The notes under the pieces were generated by a model. It made no database searches, was not told where the DNA came from, and saw only the letters and a list, made by a program, of their open reading frames with translations. A DNA stretch of 64,000 nt from Nitrosopumilus sp. (GTDB lineage: Archaea; Thermoproteota; Nitrososphaeria; Nitrososphaerales; Nitrosopumilaceae): contig OZ241981.1 of assembly GCA_965204345.1 (NCBI GenBank), positions 704,001-768,000 on the forward strand, written 5' to 3'. Positions within the stretch are counted from its first letter, which is position 1; every line of letters begins with the position of its first letter. This document shows, one piece after another, positions 60,055 to 64,000 of the stretch. The position numbers and the translations under genes are program-made.

Positions 60055-60876
60055 TTACTGACTTTGCTGCTGCTGTGCCTCTTTTAATTTTTCCCTTATT
60101 TTTGCGCCTACTTTGACAGAAATTTCCGCACACTGGTTAATTTCATCCTGTGTAAATCCGTCACTGCCACCCTTTTGCAGGGCGCAGATATTTCCATCAG
60201 AGTCACTTGTAATTGTAACACGGGCATCCATACTTGCCCACTCATCCCCGTTTGGATCAACGATAATGTGACTGCCAATTTTTCCCAGGGTAACTGAGAC
60301 AGGAATCGTTGATATTGGCAAAGGAGTCTCCTCGCCTTCAACTAGCGTTGGTTTATCATCAACCCAGTTCCATTTTGGAGTCGTAGACGTAAGCAATGCA
60401 GCAGTAGCAGCATAGGAACATGCATCAAACAGATTGCCATCATAGTCAACTACCACGTTATCAGCAAAGACACCAATTACAGACTTGTCCTTCTCAATGA
60501 CCAGCTGAGACACGTCAACCATGTGACTTTCCCGGATTCCCCTATCAACGACTCTAGCTAATTCAATTACAGGAGGTTGTGGGGGTCCGGTCTCAACGGT
60601 TGGATGAGAGAGGGGCAGCAGTTCTGCCGTACAGATAAAGAGACCCCTGTCGCCAGTATCTGGAAAAGGCCTGTCAGGTTGTATCTTTACTCCACAAATG
60701 ACCTCAGTCTCGCCAAGATAGACCCTTGCCGAGCCGTTAGCCTTTGGAATGGCGTTGGTTTGAATTTTAATTTCACGTGATTCATCAAATGCACGCCCAT
60801 CAACACGCTTTCCCTGTTCTAATAACTCAAGAATCTGGGCCTTTTTTAATTCATCAAGAACAGAGACAGATGTCAA
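60055..60876 (-). CDS. rrp42: Exosome subunit Rrp42
   Basis: GKRVDGR, A.GSA.V.LG.T, ELARVVDRGIRES. Confidence 0.96.
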   Translation of the reverse strand: MTSVSVLDELKKAQILELLEQGKRVDGRAFDESREIKIQTNAIPKANGSARVYLGETEVICGVKIQPDRPFPDTGDRGLFICTAELLPLSHPTVETGPPQPPVIELARVVDRGIRESHMVDVSQLVIEKDKSVIGVFADNVVVDYDGNLFDACSYAATAALLTSTTPKWNWVDDKPTLVEGEETPLPISTIPVSVTLGKIGSHIIVDPNGDEWASMDARVTITSDSDGNICALQKGGSDGFTQDEINQCAEISVKVGAKIREKLKEAQQQQSQ

Positions 60877-60878
60877 CT

Positions 60879-61613
60879 CTAGTTTCCTCCGTTTCCAAAG
60901 TATTTGTCTTGTAGTGCCTTTTTTTGCAGCTCATAAACAACCTTGCAGCCCTGCACTCCAACCTCAACACATTTCTTGTATTCCTCAAGGGTGAGAACCC
61001 CGTCTAATTGCAACAGTGTAATCTTATCAAGACTTGGCATGTAGCCTATTGGCATGTCAGCCTGGCCTGCTTGGTCCTCTTCGTTGTTGACATCAAGAAT
61101 TACAGTATCTGCAACTTTTCCTGCTGCAACTGCTGCAACCATATCCTTCATGGGAATGCCAGCATCAGCTAGTGCAACGGATGCTGCAGTAAGTGCGGCA
61201 CAGCGGGTTCCGCCATCTGCCTGTAAGACTTCAATGAACACATCAACTGCCGTCCTTGGGAATTTTTCTAGCATTACAGCGGGTTCCAATGCCTCTTTGA
61301 TTACCTTGGATATTTCAATCTCCCTTCTTGAAGGCGCGGGATTTTTTCTTTCGCCAACAGAGAATGGCTCCATATGATATCTGACCCTTAAAATTCCAGT
61401 GTCAGTATTTGACATGTGTTTTGGGTGCACATCTCTTGGCCCAAAGACCCCAACCAAAATTTTGTTATCACCAAACTCAATGTAGGCAGAGCCGTCAGCA
61501 TTTTTTAGTCCGCCTGCCTTTATCATGATACGTCGCGTTTCGTCGACTTTGCGTCCATCACAGCGAATGCCGTTCTCGTCCAATAGGACCATTGTTGCGT
61601 CTCTTCCGCCCAT
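60879..61613 (-). CDS. rrp41: Exosome subunit Rrp41
   Basis: ADGSAY, PSRREIEISKVI, QADGGTR. Confidence 0.97.
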   Translation of the reverse strand: MGGRDATMVLLDENGIRCDGRKVDETRRIMIKAGGLKNADGSAYIEFGDNKILVGVFGPRDVHPKHMSNTDTGILRVRYHMEPFSVGERKNPAPSRREIEISKVIKEALEPAVMLEKFPRTAVDVFIEVLQADGGTRCAALTAASVALADAGIPMKDMVAAVAAGKVADTVILDVNNEEDQAGQADMPIGYMPSLDKITLLQLDGVLTLEEYKKCVEVGVQGCKVVYELQKKALQDKYFGNGGN

Positions 61614-62296
61614 TATGATTCATCATCCTTTATTTCTAACATTTCTTTTACCTGATCAGTCAAATTAGCAACATGTGCTTTTTCGTTAATCATTTGAATT
61701 GCCTTTTTAGCCTTTAATAATCCCTCAGTAGTATCACATGAGACGACTACCCAGCCGTTTTGGCCAATAGTTACTATAGCATTAGTTCCCATCTCAATCA
61801 TCTGAATCATGCTTCCACGTTTTCCAATCAGGCGTGGAATCTTACTAGGAGAGATCTTGACCAAGTCGCCAGAGTCAATTGTGCCCAAGTCCCTATCAGA
61901 GATAGTCACCAACGGATCCCTTGTTCTATCAAAATTAGCTATTCTTGCTGCCACCAAGTCGCCAGTCTTTAGTTTGGATGAGAGTTCATCAGCATGGGCA
62001 GAAAAATCCCGTCCAAAGACGTCTTGGGCAGGCAGAAATCCAACATAGCATGAGTTGATATCAAGTTCCCAGGAAAGAGAGGTGTGAGAAATCACTTTGC
62101 CAATCACAAGATCATCAATTTTAGGAATGTATTTGCCAGTTAGCGGGATGACTTTGACTGAATCATCATAAATTTCAGAAATTCCAATAGTAGTAGAGAT
62201 TATCCTGTTGCCCTCAAGTATTACGTTTTGTTCGGGTCTAAACGGGCCAGTTGTCACTACATCCCCAGGAATGACGTATTTTCTCTTATTATCCAT
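61613..62296 (-). CDS. rrp4: Exosome RNA-binding subunit Rrp4
   Basis: S1 and KH domains (PRLIGKRGSMI, GQNG). Confidence 0.95.
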   Translation of the reverse strand: MDNKRKYVIPGDVVTTGPFRPEQNVILEGNRIISTTIGISEIYDDSVKVIPLTGKYIPKIDDLVIGKVISHTSLSWELDINSCYVGFLPAQDVFGRDFSAHADELSSKLKTGDLVAARIANFDRTRDPLVTISDRDLGTIDSGDLVKISPSKIPRLIGKRGSMIQMIEMGTNAIVTIGQNGWVVVSCDTTEGLLKAKKAIQMINEKAHVANLTDQVKEMLEIKDDES

Positions 62297-62982
62297 TATG
62301 AAACTACCTCTACTGTGGCAGAGCCCTTTGTTATAGAGCCTAGTCTATCTATCACGTTTGACCTTGCCCCTGCGGGTATTTCAAGTATTGCTTTTAGGGA
62401 ACCGTTATTTTGCCATTCGGTTTTTTTTAATGATCCGGCAGACTTTAGCACGGCATAGGATTGGGATGCAAACTGGGCAGGAATGGCAATCTCTAATTGT
62501 AAGCTTTCGGACTTTAGGGCAATTATTGAACGCAGTTTTTCAACGACATCTTTTACCTGCTCATCAGCGTTCTTTTGAGGGTCAACTGACACTCTGCCAT
62601 CTTTCATGGCCTGTTCAATTCTTAGCGGAGGGTGTGGAAGGTGGGTCTTTGGATCCACATAGGTCTTGGCAATAAATGTCACAATCTGTTTTTTCTTGTC
62701 TTCTACCATTTTACGTCTTTGATCAGTGGTAAGGTTGAGATCACCTTTTTCCATAATTATCTGGGCAATTTCAGCTTGGTCCTCAGTTTTGAATGCCTTT
62801 AAGAGCTTCTCAGAAGAAGGCCTAGTACCCTTTCCAGAATCTGTATAAATTTCATCTGAAATCAGGACAGCAGAAATATCTTTCTTCTTGCCTAGCTTGT
62901 AATCAAGTGCGGGATCTGGCTTTACCATAATTTCAAATTTTTCTCCTTCAAAGGAATATCTTACCAAGGAGACATCAGCCAT
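62296..62982 (-). CDS. Ribosome assembly factor SBDS/Sdo1
   Basis: FEI.V.P, LT..QR, PHPP.RIE.A. Confidence 0.95.
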   Translation of the reverse strand: MADVSLVRYSFEGEKFEIMVKPDPALDYKLGKKKDISAVLISDEIYTDSGKGTRPSSEKLLKAFKTEDQAEIAQIIMEKGDLNLTTDQRRKMVEDKKKQIVTFIAKTYVDPKTHLPHPPLRIEQAMKDGRVSVDPQKNADEQVKDVVEKLRSIIALKSESLQLEIAIPAQFASQSYAVLKSAGSLKKTEWQNNGSLKAILEIPAGARSNVIDRLGSITKGSATVEVVS

Positions 62983-63043
62983 ATCTAAAGATGGTTAGAA
63001 GTGTTTGGTATTTATCTATACGTAAAACCAGTTAGATTTTTAT

Positions 63044-63709
63044 GTGGACTTTGAAGATTTTGTTCAAGATTTGTCATCCTTAGAGGTAGTTAGTAAAGAT
63101 AGCCAAAAGATAGCTATAAAGCTAAAAGGAATTCCATTACAATATGCAAACGCACTTCGAAGAGTTTGTTTAAACGGAGTTTTGGTTTTTGCAATAGATA
63201 CAGTGGATATTATTGAAAATTCATCAGTCTTGCCAGATGAGGGCTTGGCACACAGGTTAGGTTTAATTCCAATAAGCACGGATTTGAGCAGGTTTAACGA
63301 GCCATCAAAATGTGAATGTCAAAGCGAGACGGGATGCTCAAACTGCAAGGTCATGCTGGTGCTAGACTCTGGAGATTCAGATGTCACAAGGACTGTTCTC
63401 TCAAATGAGTTATCCTCAGAAGATGATTCCATAAAGCCAGTCTCAGGCAGTGTCCCAATAGTTGAACTAGCACCTGGCCAGAGAATCAAGGTAGAGTGCT
63501 ATGCAAGACTAGGGCGGGGCACAGAGCATGCCAAATGGAACTCTGCAAACATTTCAATGCTGACTGATACTGACAAGGAGGATGTCAAGCTTTTAACAGT
63601 AGAATCAACGGGAGCGTTAAATCCTGAGCAAATAATTGTTTCAGGAGTAGAGGAAGTAAGCAACAGGGTAGGTCAGTTCAAAGAGATGATTGACCAAGTT
63701 CAAGCATAA
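63044..63709 (+). CDS. rpo3: RNA polymerase subunit Rpo3 (D)
   Basis: ANALRR, DE.LAHRLGLIP, G.G.EHAKW, VES.G.L. Confidence 0.95.
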   Translation: MDFEDFVQDLSSLEVVSKDSQKIAIKLKGIPLQYANALRRVCLNGVLVFAIDTVDIIENSSVLPDEGLAHRLGLIPISTDLSRFNEPSKCECQSETGCSNCKVMLVLDSGDSDVTRTVLSNELSSEDDSIKPVSGSVPIVELAPGQRIKVECYARLGRGTEHAKWNSANISMLTDTDKEDVKLLTVESTGALNPEQIIVSGVEEVSNRVGQFKEMIDQVQA

Positions 63710-63754
63710 TCCAAGCATAGACATTATATTTGGGTTTCAAACCGAATTATTCAC

Positions 63755-64000
63755 ATGACTAGCCAAGTGGTTATACGTATGGCCAAAGATCTAAAAAAGG
63801 CATCAATTAAAAACGATGCACCAATTTGGGGCAGGATTGCAGAATATGCATTAAAGCCATCCATTGCAAGAAGGGATCTTAATTTAAACAGGATTGGACA
63901 GCTGACAAGAGAAAATGACACGGTGGTATTTCCAGGCAAGGTTCTTGGAACAGGCAGTATTTCTCACAAAATCACATTGTTCTCATTCTCAATTTCAAAT
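63755..64000 (+). CDS. rpl18e: 50S ribosomal protein L18e, partial
   Basis: MTSQVV...APIW...RR.LNL.RI...VVFPGKVLGTG; open to the window end. Confidence 0.93.
   Translation, partial: MTSQVVIRMAKDLKKASIKNDAPIWGRIAEYALKPSIARRDLNLNRIGQLTRENDTVVFPGKVLGTGSISHKITLFSFSISN

Noticed and set aside
57129-64000. Exosome/prefoldin/RNAP cluster and its many antisense ORFs
   Set aside because: Standard archaeal superoperon; opposite-strand ORFs are shadows

Overview
Fragment of an ammonia-oxidising archaeal chromosome (Nitrososphaerota, Nitrosopumilus-like), judged from the exosome superoperon, rpl10e/rpl18e/rpl37ae, Rpo3, and CFI-box-CTERM, PEFG-CTERM and 'IPxWxKxxAxWW' surface motifs. Positions ~1-22.9 kb are an AT-rich, decaying defence/mobile island. 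It holds orphan HicB-like and AbiEi antitoxins, a deleted DUF6932-like gene with an XRE-HTH partner, and a frameshifted metallophosphoesterase. It also holds an intact TIR-APAZ + short catalytically inactive Argonaute operon, a wHTH/degenerate nucleotidyltransferase-like gene, IS481 and IS6 remnants (the IS6 ends in inverted orientation), tandem surface-protein paralogs and an iteron-like repeat region. It ends with an HNH nuclease, a four-gene type II RM-like cassette whose methyltransferase is broken at a G10 tract, and a 1081-aa HEPN-like/helical-solenoid protein. Positions ~22.9-64 kb are mostly core genome: arsenic module (with a deleted arsM), sbtAB, phoU-pstBACS, ABC exporter, duplicated surface proteins, tRNA-Glu, tRNA-Gly, a C/D-box-like sRNA, several unannotated Cys-rich micro-ORFs, a GT2 with a chimeric partial duplicate, and the exosome/RNAP/r-protein cluster. 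All family assignments come from motif recognition by eye; no database searches were run.
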